A DNA stretch of 64,000 nt from Sinanodonta woodiana (taxonomy: Eukaryota), in NCBI GenBank assembly GCA_046254885.1, contig CM100994.1, positions 93,830,727 to 93,894,726 of the forward strand. The letters are read 5' to 3'. The position numbers and the translations under genes are program-made. The notes under the pieces were generated by a model. It made no database searches and was not told the DNA's origin. It was given only the letters and a program-made list of their open reading frames with translations. Of the stretch, positions 25,020-36,677 are shown in pieces; position 1 is the first letter of the stretch, and each line of letters starts with the position of its first letter.

Positions 25020-26737
25020 TGCATCTTGATTGGGTATATTTTGAAATTTCATTGATATGTGCATATTAACTGGGTATATTATGAATTGGCATTGGTCAAT
25101 ACTTCTTGACTGGGTATATTATGAATTGGCATTGGTCAATGAATCTTGACTGGGTATATTATTATATGGCATTGGTCAATGAATTTTGACTGGGTGTATT
25201 AAGGATTGAGATTGGTCAATGTATCTTGACTGGATATATTATTAAATGGCATTGGTCAATGCATCTTGACTTGGTATATTATGAATTGGCATTGGTCAAT
25301 GTATCTTGACTGGGTATATTATTAAATGGCATTGGTCAATGCATCTTGACTTGGTATATTATTAAATGGCATTGTTCAATGAATCTTGACTGGGTATATT
25401 ATTAAATGGCATTGGTCAATGAATCTTGACTGGGTATATTATTAAATGGCATTGGTCAATGCATCTTGACTTGGTATATTATTAAATGGCATTGTTCAAT
25501 GAATCTTGACTGGGTATATTATTAAATGGCATTGGTCAATGAATCTTGACTGGGTATATTATTAAATGGCATTGGTCAATGCATCTTGACTTGGTATATT
25601 ATTAAATGGCATTGTTCAATGAATCTTGACTGGGTATATTATTAAATGGCATTGGTCAATGAATCTTGACTGGGTATATTATTAAATGGCATTGGTCAAT
25701 GAATCTTGACTGGGTATATTATTAAATGGCATTGGTCAATGAATCTTGACTGGGTATATTATTAAATGGCATTGGTCAATGAATCTTGACTGGGTATATT
25801 ATTAAATGGCATTGGCCAATGAATCTTGACTGGGTATATTATTAAATGGCATTGGTCAATGCATTTTAACTGGGTATATTATTAAATGGCATTGGCCAAT
25901 GCATTTTAACTGGGTATATTATTAATTGGCATTGGTCAATGAATCTTGACTGGGTATATTAAGAATTGGAATTGGTTCAATGCATCTTGACTGGGTATAT
26001 TATGAATTGGCATTGGTCAATGCATCTTAACTGGGTATATTATTAAATGGCATTGGTAAATGAATCTTGACTGGGTATATTATTAAATGGCATTGGTAAA
26101 TGAATCTTGACTGGGTATATTATCAAATGGCATTGGTCAATGAATCTTGACTGGGTATATTATTAAATGGCATTGGTCAATGAATCTTGACTGGGTATAT
26201 TATTAAATGTCATTGTTCAATGAATCTTGACTGGGTATATTATTAAATGGCATTGGTCAATGAATCTTGACTGGGTATATTATTAAATGGCATTGGTCAA
26301 TGAATCTTGACTGGGTATATTATTAAATGGCATTGGTCAATGAATCTTGACTGGGTATATTATGAATTGGCATTGGTCAATGAATCTTAACTAGGCATAT
26401 TAAAAATTGGTTTTGGTCAGTGCATCTTAACTGGGCATATTAAGAATTGGTTTTGGTCAAGGCATCTTAACTGGGATATTAGGAATTGGTTTTGGTCAGT
26501 GCATCTTAACTGGGCATATTAAGAATTGGTTTTGGTCAAGGCATCTTAACTGGGCATATTAAGAATTGGTTTTGGTCAGTGCATCTTAACTGGGATATTA
26601 AGAATTGGTTTTGGTCAAGGCATCTTAACTGGGCATATTAAGAATTGGTTTTGGTCAGTGCATCTTAACTGGGATATTAAGAATTGGTTTTGGTCAAGGC
26701 ATCTTAACTGGGATATTAAGAATTGGTTTTGGTCATG
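25020..26737. repeat. Satellite array with a 40-bp unit (ggcattggtcaatgaatcttgactgggtatattattaaat), about 43 copies
   Basis: Direct reading. The distal units carry the variant gcatcttaactgggcatattaagaattggttttggtcaag. Confidence 0.9.
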
Positions 26738-27678
26738 TAACTGCTTGAGGTTGATGAAACATGACTGGTTGTTGTATCATATACCATAATTAGAAACCTA
26801 AATCAACATCAAAGCACTGGAAAAGTTAACTGTTTTTTAGCATTGGCATGTAATATTTGGAGCTACTGGATATATTTCAATGAAAGAAAATACTGTATAC
26901 ATCATTGATTGATTTACATGCACCATAATTATATTCTTGGCTCATTATCAAGAGATAATAGCAAAGGCCAGAGTTAGAGGTTTGGTTGAATGTAACTTTT
27001 CACCTGTTTTTAGAGATAAAAACTAATCTTTAAAACTGATGAAAACTTGTAGTTGAAAAATTTCAGTTGACATCAAACTCTAGAAATTGCACCTCCATAA
27101 TAAACCATTCCTGAGAAACATATCTTGCTCTTCATTAATTTTTCATTGGCTTGGTTACCATATTTTTAAGGTAGTTAAATTGCATTATTGGTATTTATAT
27201 AATAATATCTAAAACAAGTGTTTTACTGATCAATTGAAATGAGTTGACCTGTCATAAATGTGACCTCTATTTCTTACACTGATAGAATTGCATATCTTAA
27301 AACAAAAGACATAATTAATGGGATTATAAAAAGCAGGTCTGCTGTTAATTGAGTGTAACAAAACAATAACTAATAATCTGCAAGTTAGAGATCAAAATAT
27401 GGATGGCGTTTAATTAGTTCTCACAGAAATGCTTGCAGACATAGCTGTGAGAACTAGATGTACATTTTTAATTATTGGCACAAGAGGGGATAATGATTCC
27501 ATTCAAAACCAAATTAAAAGATAGGACTAAAGCATAAATGTTACTTGAATTTCTTTTCTTAAAAATTGGTATATATTTATTAAAGTGTTGTTTTTATATA
27601 TATAAAAAATGTTTTCATCCATTAAAATGTTTCAAATATTAAACAGCCAGATATTATTTTACTGATTTCAATCCTTCC

Positions 27679-28480
27679 TTGTCTCTCCAAATTACTAGAA
27701 AAATATGTATATATTCTTTCCTCAACTATATAAACACTTATGATCATATTCATGATAATCAGTCAGGCTTTCGCCAAAATCATTCCTGTGAAACTGCACT
27801 TGTATCTTTGATTGATAAATGGCTGAAAGCGTTTGATCAAGGAGAAATGGTAGGCACTATTATGGTTGATTTTTATAAAGCTTTTGATCTTGTAGACCAT
27901 GAAATTTTACTTGAAAAACTAAAGATTTATCAATGTAGTGAAAACTCTCTAAACTGGTTTACTTCTTACTTAACTGACAGAGTGCAAAGAGTATCTGTAA
28001 ATGGTCAATTTTCTGAAAGTAAAAGTATTAATTATGGAGTACCACAAGGCTCTATCCTTGGACCTCTGTTATTCATTCTATTTATGAACAATTTACCTCT
28101 TAAGATTGGAACTTTAATTTCTTCCACTGAACTCTGTGCAGATGATACTACACTGTCTGAGATTGGTAAACCTAAAATGGTTCTTGAAAATAATTTACAA
28201 GATGTTCTCAACAAACTTCAAGTACAGTGCAAGGAAAACAGTATGATCATAAACACAGAAAAAAAAGAAAGCCCTACTAGTTACAACACAACAAAAATGA
28301 GCAAGACCAGATAGTGACAAACTTAATGGTTTATTTTGACAATGTAAGCCTTAATATGACCTCTCAAGATAGAATTAGTGGTGTAATCATATATAACAAT
28401 CTTACTTGGTCTATTCACATTAAACACATTTCAAAAAAGGTTAATTCTTATCTGTTTGTAATTTTGCATTTTCAAAGCTG
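27679..28480 (+). mobile_element. 5'-truncated LINE reverse-transcriptase fragment (CR1/L2/RTE-like)
   Basis: The ORF has QSGFRQNHSCETAL, MVDFYKAFDLVDHEILLEKL, VPQGSILGPLLFILFMNNL and CADD (a YADD variant). These are RT domains 2-5. Downstream frames continue RT-like with frameshifts. Confidence 0.7.
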
Positions 28481-28699
28481 AATGTTTCAACGCAGAATGA
28501 TATTTTTATTTATTTATTTATATGTTTATGTTTATAAAGATGCCTGTGCATGTGTTCCAGGCTTGATTCTTTAAAATTTAAAATTTCTTACTTACTTAGC
28601 ATTGAGCCAGACTCTTCACATCATGTTGTATGTATTGTATATATTGTACATAACAGATAGAAGGCCTCAAGGTAGATTAGTTTTGTAACTAATTGATTT

Positions 28700-28780
28700 A
28701 TCTTCTCTAAATAAAGTCTTTATTATTTTTATTTTTATTATTATTATTATTATTAATAATATTATTATTACTATTATTAT

Positions 28781-28837
<57 letters not shown>

Positions 28838-28860
28838 GTTTATTAAATAGCAATAATAAT
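28700..28860. repeat. (ATT)n microsatellite
   Basis: Direct reading. It may be the 3' tail of the LINE fragment. Confidence 0.9.
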
Positions 28861-29294
28861 GGATACAGAATTGTTACCATATTATTTTGAACATGTAGTG
28901 GTTCAAGTAGATCTCACATGCAATGGAAATTATTCTTTTTTTTTTTTCATGGAAAAAATGGTTAAATTGGAAGAAAGTTTGCAGTGCAGAAAAGTAGATG
29001 TGATGCTTAAAGCAGCATTTTTTTAAAAATTTCAGGACCAGATTGACTTACATCGATATGTGCATTCCAGATAAGTTGATTCCAATGGTAAATGTAAGTA
29101 AAGAGGACACACTGTTAGACTTTACTTCTAGAGTACAGTTTTGTTGAGAATTGTAAAAAAAAATCACATTTTTTATGATGCAAATGGAAAAAATTACACC
29201 AAATAGAAGTGTTTGCTATGTATATTCAGACATGGAGTCCAACTGAACACTGTAGTGATACAGATATTCCATTTCTTAATGCACTGGCAGAATG

Positions 29295-29582
29295 ACCACT
29301 CTGGTGACCATACTGGTTCAAGTCTCTGCTTCAGATGTGGGAAATTGTATGTTCAAACCCCAGCTGGGTGACAACAGAGACTTATAAATCTTGTAATAGC
29401 ATCTGCCTCACTATGCGCACAGCATTAAGAGGTCAGTGTTAAGACTGGTTAACCTGGTGTCCGGATAATGTGATGAGTTAAACATTATGCTCCATGTCTG
29501 CAGCATGATGCCCCAGTACTTGACATCAGTGTAAATTGCAACAATGGACAATTTAGTGATATGACTGAAATATTGTTAAAAC
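29295..29582 (+). mobile_element. SINE copy 4, diverged
   Basis: The body has gcattaagaggtcagtgttaagactggttaacctggtgtccggataatgtga...tgcagcatgatgcc. The tail is gatatgactgaaatattgttaaa. Confidence 0.6.
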
Positions 29583-30044
29583 TTTGTCAAATGTCCAAGT
29601 CACACCAACCCACACACAGTAGCAGAACTGGGTCTGTTTTTCTTTGTTAAGAGTAATTAGTACAACAATAAAATTGGCCCTCATCGGCCAGTACATAATA
29701 CTGTAACAGTGGCCAGTAATGATTTTTGTTTTCTGTGTCTGTATACTGTAACAGTGGACAGTAATGATTTTAATTTTCTGTGGCTATATACTGTAACAGT
29801 GGACATTAATGATTTTTGTTTTCTGTGTCTATATACTGTAACAGTGGCCAGTAATGATTTTAATTTTCTGTGGCTATATACTGTAACAGTGGACATTAAT
29901 GATATTTGTTTTATGTGGCTATATACCATAACAGTGGCCAGTAATGATTTTTTTTTTCTTTATGTGGCTATATACTGTAACAGTGGCCAGTAATGATTTT
30001 TGTTTTCTGTGGCTATATACTGTAACAGTGGCCAGTAATGATTT

Positions 30045-33000
30045 TAATTTTCTGTGGCTATATACTGTAACAGTGGCCAGTAATGATTTAAATTTTCTGT
30101 GGCTATATACTGTAACAGTGGCTTGTAAATTGATTTTTGTTTTCTGTGGAATATACTGTGACAGTGGCCAGTAATGATTTTTGTTTTCTGTGGCTATATA
30201 CTGTAACAGTGGCCAGTAATGATTTTAATTTTCTGTGGCTATATACTGTAACAGTGGCCAGTAATGATTTGTTTTCTGTGGCTATATACTGTAACAGTGG
30301 CCAGTAATGATGTTTGTTTTCTGTGTCTATATACTGTACCAGTGGTCAGTAATGATTTTCATGTTCTGTGGCTATATACTGTAACAGTGGCCAGTAATGA
30401 TTTGTTTTCTGTGGCTATATACTGTAACAGTGGACAGTAATTTTTGTTTTCTGTGGCTATATACTGTAACAGTGGCCATTAATGATTTTTGTTTTCTGTT
30501 GCTATATACTGTAACAGTGGACAGTAATGATTTTAATTTTCTGTGTCTATATACTGTAACAGTGGCCAGTAATGATTTTAATTTTCTGTGGCTATATACT
30601 GTAACAGTGGCCAAGAATGATTTTAGTTTTCTGTGGCTATATACTGTGACAGTGGCCAGTAATGATTTTAATTTTCTGTGTCTGTATACTGCAACAGTGG
30701 CCAGTAATGATTTTAATTTTCTGTGGCTATATACTGTAACAGTGGCCAGTAATGATTTTAATTTTCTGTGGCTATATACTGTAACAGTGGAAAGTAATGA
30801 TTTTTGTTTTCTGTGGCTATATACAGTAGTCCCCCTCTTGAACGGCCCCCCTGACCAGCGGCCACCCGCTTCGTACGGCCAGAATTCCTTGGCACCGATC
30901 AGTTTCTACTCAAAAGTACCCCTCATGAGCGGTCACCCGCCTAACGCGACCAGCGGCCAGCATTTTAGTACAAAAATGTCAAATGTCCCCCTCGTGAACG
31001 GCCACTTTTGGTTTTTTAATTGTATTCATAATCAAAGAATTAATTCAAATCTTGACGTATGGTAAGCAATTTAGATTATCACTATCATAGATAGCTACAT
31101 ATACCGAAGTGTCAAGTGGCCGTTAAAGGTCACAGGTGTCGACTAAAGATTTATAGTGTATCATTATCTATAAAAGTGGATGTTTGCAGGAAATGGGCTC
31201 AACAATGTTATGATAAGAGTTTGGGGTTTAACACCTATGTCGTATTCTTCTCTTCCATGATTATTACCAGACGTAATTCACTAATTGTTATGATCATAAC
31301 AGACATAACAGGGACAACTTATATGCTAAAAATAGATTTTGTCGCATAAAAACAATAGGGTACCAGTTAAAGAAAAATCACGTGACAACACAATATGGCT
31401 TTTACAAAGAATGAATTTCCTACACTTGACTCAGTTTTGTTTGCATAATTAAATCGCTTACAGTCAGCTATAACCGAATAAATCATTACCAAACACTGAA
31501 AAAAATGTCATCACTTTAACGGATACATTATTTAAGAAGAAAGTCGGATATTCTACACGACGACGACATGGGGGAAGGGGGGGGGTTTCGCTGAACAATT
31601 TTGTGTTAAAACGACTCTGGGAAAGAAAATAAAAAGTTTATGTTGAAATAATTTGAATAAAGTCGTAACCGATAAAAAGGTTATTCAGCAGCAGTGGGAA
31701 AATGGAGCAAATAGAAGGATAATTATGTATGTACCGAGATGTAAATGACGTTTTTGATACATTTGTATATCACCCTTACGACAAGAGAAAAAAATATTAA
31801 CGTATACTCAGTCGAAATAAATTTATTATAACACCAACAAAAACTTTTGATCATTAATCTTTCATTTAGTCTAATATTTAATGTTTTGAAGTATGCAGAT
31901 ATCTTATTACGTACATTACATATACATGTACAGGTACTTCTCATAATAAATTTAGCCCCCCTCTGGAACGGCCACCCGTCTTATAAGGCCACTTTGCCGG
32001 TGCACCAGGGGTGGCCGTATAAGAGGGGGACTACTGTACTATAACAGTGGCCAGTAATGATTTTTGTTTTCTGTGACTATATACTGTAACAGTGGCCAGT
32101 AATGATTTTAATTTTCTATGGCTATATACTGTAACAATGGACAGTAATGATTTTTGTTTTCTGTGGCTATATACTATAACAGTGGCCAGTAATGATTTTT
32201 GTTTTCTGTGACTATATACTGTAACAGTGGCCAGTAATGATTTTAATTTTCTGTGGCTATATACTGTAACAGTGGACAGTAATGATTTTTGTTTTCTGTG
32301 GCTATATACTGTAACAGTGGCCAGTAATGATTTAAATTTTCTGTGGCTATATACTGTAACTGTGGCCAGTAATGATTTTAATTTTCTGTGTCTATATACT
32401 GTAACAGTGGCCAGTAATAATGTTTTTTTTTCTGTGGCTATATACTGTAACAGTGGCCAGTAATGATTTTAATTTTCTGTGGCTATATACTATAACAGTG
32501 GCCAGTAATAATGTTTTTTTTTCTGTGGCTATATACTGTAACAGTGGCCAGTAATGATTTTAATTTTCTGTGGCTATATACTGTAACAGTGGCCAGTAAT
32601 GATTTGTTTTCTGTGGCTATATGCTGTAACAGTGGCCAGTAATGATTTTCATGTTCCTTGGCTATATACTGTAACAGTGGCCAGTAATGATTTTAATTTT
32701 ATGTGGCTATATACTCTAACAGTGGCCATTAATGATTTGTTTTCTGTGGCTATATACTGTAACAGTGGCCAGTAATGATTTGTTTTCTGTGGCTATATAC
32801 TGTAACAGTGGCCAGTAATGATTTGTTTTCTGTGGCTATATACTGTAACAGTGGCCAGTAATGATTTGTTTTCTGTGGCTATATACTGTTACAGTGGCCA
32901 GTAATGATTTTAATTTTCTGTGGCTATATACTGTAACAGTGGCCAGTAATGATTTTAATTTTCTGCATCCATATACTGTAACAGTGGCCAGTAATGATTT

Positions 33001-33360
33001 TAATTTTCTTTGGTAATATACTGTAACAGTGGCCAGTAATGATTTTCATGTTTTGTGGCTATATACTGTAACAGTGGCCAGTAATGATGTTTGTTTTCTG
33101 TGGCTATATACTGTAACAGTGGCCAGTAATGATTTGTGTTTTCTGTGGCTATATACTGTAACAGTGGCCAGTAATGATTTTCATGTTCTGTGGCTATATA
33201 CTGTAACAGTGGCCAGTAATGATTTTTGTTTTCTGTGGCTATAAACTATAACAGTGGCCAGTAATGATTTTTGTTTTCTGTGACTATATACTGTAACAGT
33301 GGCCAGTAATGATTTTAATTTTCTGTGGCTATATACTGTAACAGTGGACAGTAATGATTT
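30045..33360. repeat. Higher-order tandem duplication, copy A (3316 bp)
   Basis: The ORF-track pairs (30397/33713, 31116/34432, 31723/35040, 33029/36346) are identical at an offset of 3316-3317 bp. I saw one indel in a G-run (31575 vs 34885). The boundaries are approximate. Confidence 0.85.
30824..32036. mobile_element. Tc1/mariner-like MITE of 1213 bp, copy A, with a TA target-site duplication
   Basis: The left TIR is CAGTAGTCCCCCTCTTGAACGGCC. The reverse complement of the right TIR is CAGTAGTCCCCCTCTTATACGGCC. The flanking TA at 30822-23 and 32037-38 reconstitutes the satellite variant ggctataTActataacagtgg. There are GC-rich subterminal repeats (ccagcggccacccgc). No transposase ORF is present. 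Confidence 0.7.
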
Positions 33361-36300
33361 TTGTTTTCTGTGGCTATATACTGTAACAGTGGCCAGTAAT
33401 GATTTAAATTTTCTGTGGCTATATACTGTAACAGTGGCTTGTAAATTGATTTTTGTTTTCTGTGGAATATACTGTGACAGTGGCCAGTAATGATTTTTGT
33501 TTTCTGTGGCTATATACTGTAACAGTGGCCAGTAATGATTTTAATTTTCTGTGGCTATATACTGTAACAGTGGCCAGTAATGATTTGTTTTCTGTGGCTA
33601 TATACTGTAACAGTGGCCAGTAATGATGTTTGTTTTCTGTGTCTATATACTGTACCAGTGGTCAGTAATGATTTTCATGTTCTGTGGCTATATACTGTAA
33701 CAGTGGCCAGTAATGATTTGTTTTCTGTGGCTATATACTGTAACAGTGGACAGTAATTTTTGTTTTCTGTGGCTATATACTGTAACAGTGGCCATTAATG
33801 ATTTTTGTTTTCTGTTGCTATATACTGTAACAGTGGACAGTAATGATTTTAATTTTCTGTGTCTATATACTGTAACAGTGGCCAGTAATGATTTTAATTT
33901 TCTGTGGCTATATACTGTAACAGTGGCCAAGAATGATTTTAGTTTTCTGTGGCTATATACTGTGACAGTGGCCAGTAATGATTTTAATTTTCTGTGTCTG
34001 TATACTGCAACAGTGGCCAGTAATGATTTTAATTTTCTGTGGCTATATACTGTAACAGTGGCCAGTAATGATTTTAATTTTCTGTGGCTATATACTGTAA
34101 CAGTGGAAAGTAATGATTTTTGTTTTCTGTGGCTATATACAGTAGTCCCCCTCTTGAACGGCCCCCCTGACCAGCGGCCACCCGCTTCGTACGGCCAGAA
34201 TTCCTTGGCACCGATCAGTTTCTACTCAAAAGTACCCCTCATGAGCGGTCACCCGCCTAACGCGACCAGCGGCCAGCATTTTAGTACAAAAATGTCAAAT
34301 GTCCCCCTCGTGAACGGCCACTTTTGGTTTTTTAATTGTATTCATAATCAAAGAATTAATTCAAATCTTGACGTATGGTAAGCAATTTAGATTATCACTA
34401 TCATAGATAGCTACATATACCGAAGTGTCAAGTGGCCGTTAAAGGTCACAGGTGTCGACTAAAGATTTATAGTGTATCATTATCTATAAAAGTGGATGTT
34501 TGCAGGAAATGGGCTCAACAATGTTATGATAAGAGTTTGGGGTTTAACACCTATGTCGTATTCTTCTCTTCCATGATTATTACCAGACGTAATTCACTAA
34601 TTGTTATGATCATAACAGACATAACAGGGACAACTTATATGCTAAAAATAGATTTTGTCGCATAAAAACAATAGGGTACCAGTCAAAGAAAAATCACGTG
34701 ACAACACAATATGGCTTTTACAAAGAATGAATTTCCTACACTTGACTCAGTTTTGTTTGCATAATTAAATCGCTTACAGTCAGCTATAACCGAATAAATC
34801 ATTACCAAACACTGAAAAAAATGTCATCACTTTAACGGATACATTATTTAAGAAGAAAGTCGGATATTCTACACGACGACGACATGGGGGAAGGGGGGGG
34901 GGTTTCGCTGAACAATTTTGTGTTAAAACGACTCTGGGAAAGAAAATAAAAAGTTTATGTTGAAATAATTTGAATAAAGTCGTAACCGATAAAAAGGTTA
35001 TTCAGCAGCAGTGGGAAAATGGAGCAAATAGAAGGATAATTATGTATGTACCGAGATGTAAATGACGTTTTTGATACATTTGTATATCACCCTTACGACA
35101 AGAGAAAAAAATATTAACGTATACTCAGTCGAAATAAATTTATTATAACACCAACAAAAACTTTTGATCATTAATCTTTCATTTAGTCTAATATTTAATG
35201 TTTTGAAGTATGCAGATATCTTATTACGTACATTACATATACATGTACAGGTACTTCTCATAATAAATTTAGCCCCCCTCTGGAACGGCCACCCGTCTTA
35301 TAAGGCCACTTTGCCGGTGCACCAGGGGTGGCCGTATAAGAGGGGGACTACTGTACTATAACAGTGGCCAGTAATGATTTTTGTTTTCTGTGACTATATA
35401 CTGTAACAGTGGCCAGTAATGATTTTAATTTTCTATGGCTATATACTGTAACAATGGACAGTAATGATTTTTGTTTTCTGTGGCTATATACTATAACAGT
35501 GGCCAGTAATGATTTTTGTTTTCTGTGACTATATACTGTAACAGTGGCCAGTAATGATTTTAATTTTCTGTGGCTATATACTGTAACAGTGGACAGTAAT
35601 GATTTTTGTTTTCTGTGGCTATATACTGTAACAGTGGCCAGTAATGATTTAAATTTTCTGTGGCTATATACTGTAACTGTGGCCAGTAATGATTTTAATT
35701 TTCTGTGTCTATATACTGTAACAGTGGCCAGTAATAATGTTTTTTTTTCTGTGGCTATATACTGTAACAGTGGCCAGTAATGATTTTAATTTTCTGTGGC
35801 TATATACTATAACAGTGGCCAGTAATAATGTTTTTTTTTCTGTGGCTATATACTGTAACAGTGGCCAGTAATGATTTTAATTTTCTGTGGCTATATACTG
35901 TAACAGTGGCCAGTAATGATTTGTTTTCTGTGGCTATATGCTGTAACAGTGGCCAGTAATGATTTTCATGTTCCTTGGCTATATACTGTAACAGTGGCCA
36001 GTAATGATTTTAATTTTATGTGGCTATATACTCTAACAGTGGCCATTAATGATTTGTTTTCTGTGGCTATATACTGTAACAGTGGCCAGTAATGATTTGT
36101 TTTCTGTGGCTATATACTGTAACAGTGGCCAGTAATGATTTGTTTTCTGTGGCTATATACTGTAACAGTGGCCAGTAATGATTTGTTTTCTGTGGCTATA
36201 TACTGTTACAGTGGCCAGTAATGATTTTAATTTTCTGTGGCTATATACTGTAACAGTGGCCAGTAATGATTTTAATTTTCTGCATCCATATACTGTAACA

Positions 36301-36677
36301 GTGGCCAGTAATGATTTTAATTTTCTTTGGTAATATACTGTAACAGTGGCCAGTAATGATTTTCATGTTTTGTGGCTATATACTGTAACAGTGGCCAGTA
36401 ATGATGTTTGTTTTCTGTGGCTATATACTGTAACAGTGGCCAGTAATGATTTGTGTTTTCTGTGGCTATATACTGTAACAGTGGCCAGTAATGATTTTCA
36501 TGTTCTGTGGCTATATACTGTAACAGTGGCCAGTAATGATTTTTGTTTTCTGTGGCTATAAACTATAACAGTGGCCAGTAATGATTTTTGTTTTCTGTGA
36601 CTATATACTGTAACAGTGGCCAGTAATGATTTTAATTTTCTGTGGCTATATACTGTAACAGTGGACAGTAATGATTT
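33361..36677. repeat. Higher-order tandem duplication, copy B (3317 bp)
   Basis: See copy A. Divergence resumes near 36680. Confidence 0.85.
34140..35353. mobile_element. Tc1/mariner-like MITE, copy B, within the duplicated block
   Basis: It is identical to copy A apart from the G-run length. Confidence 0.7.
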
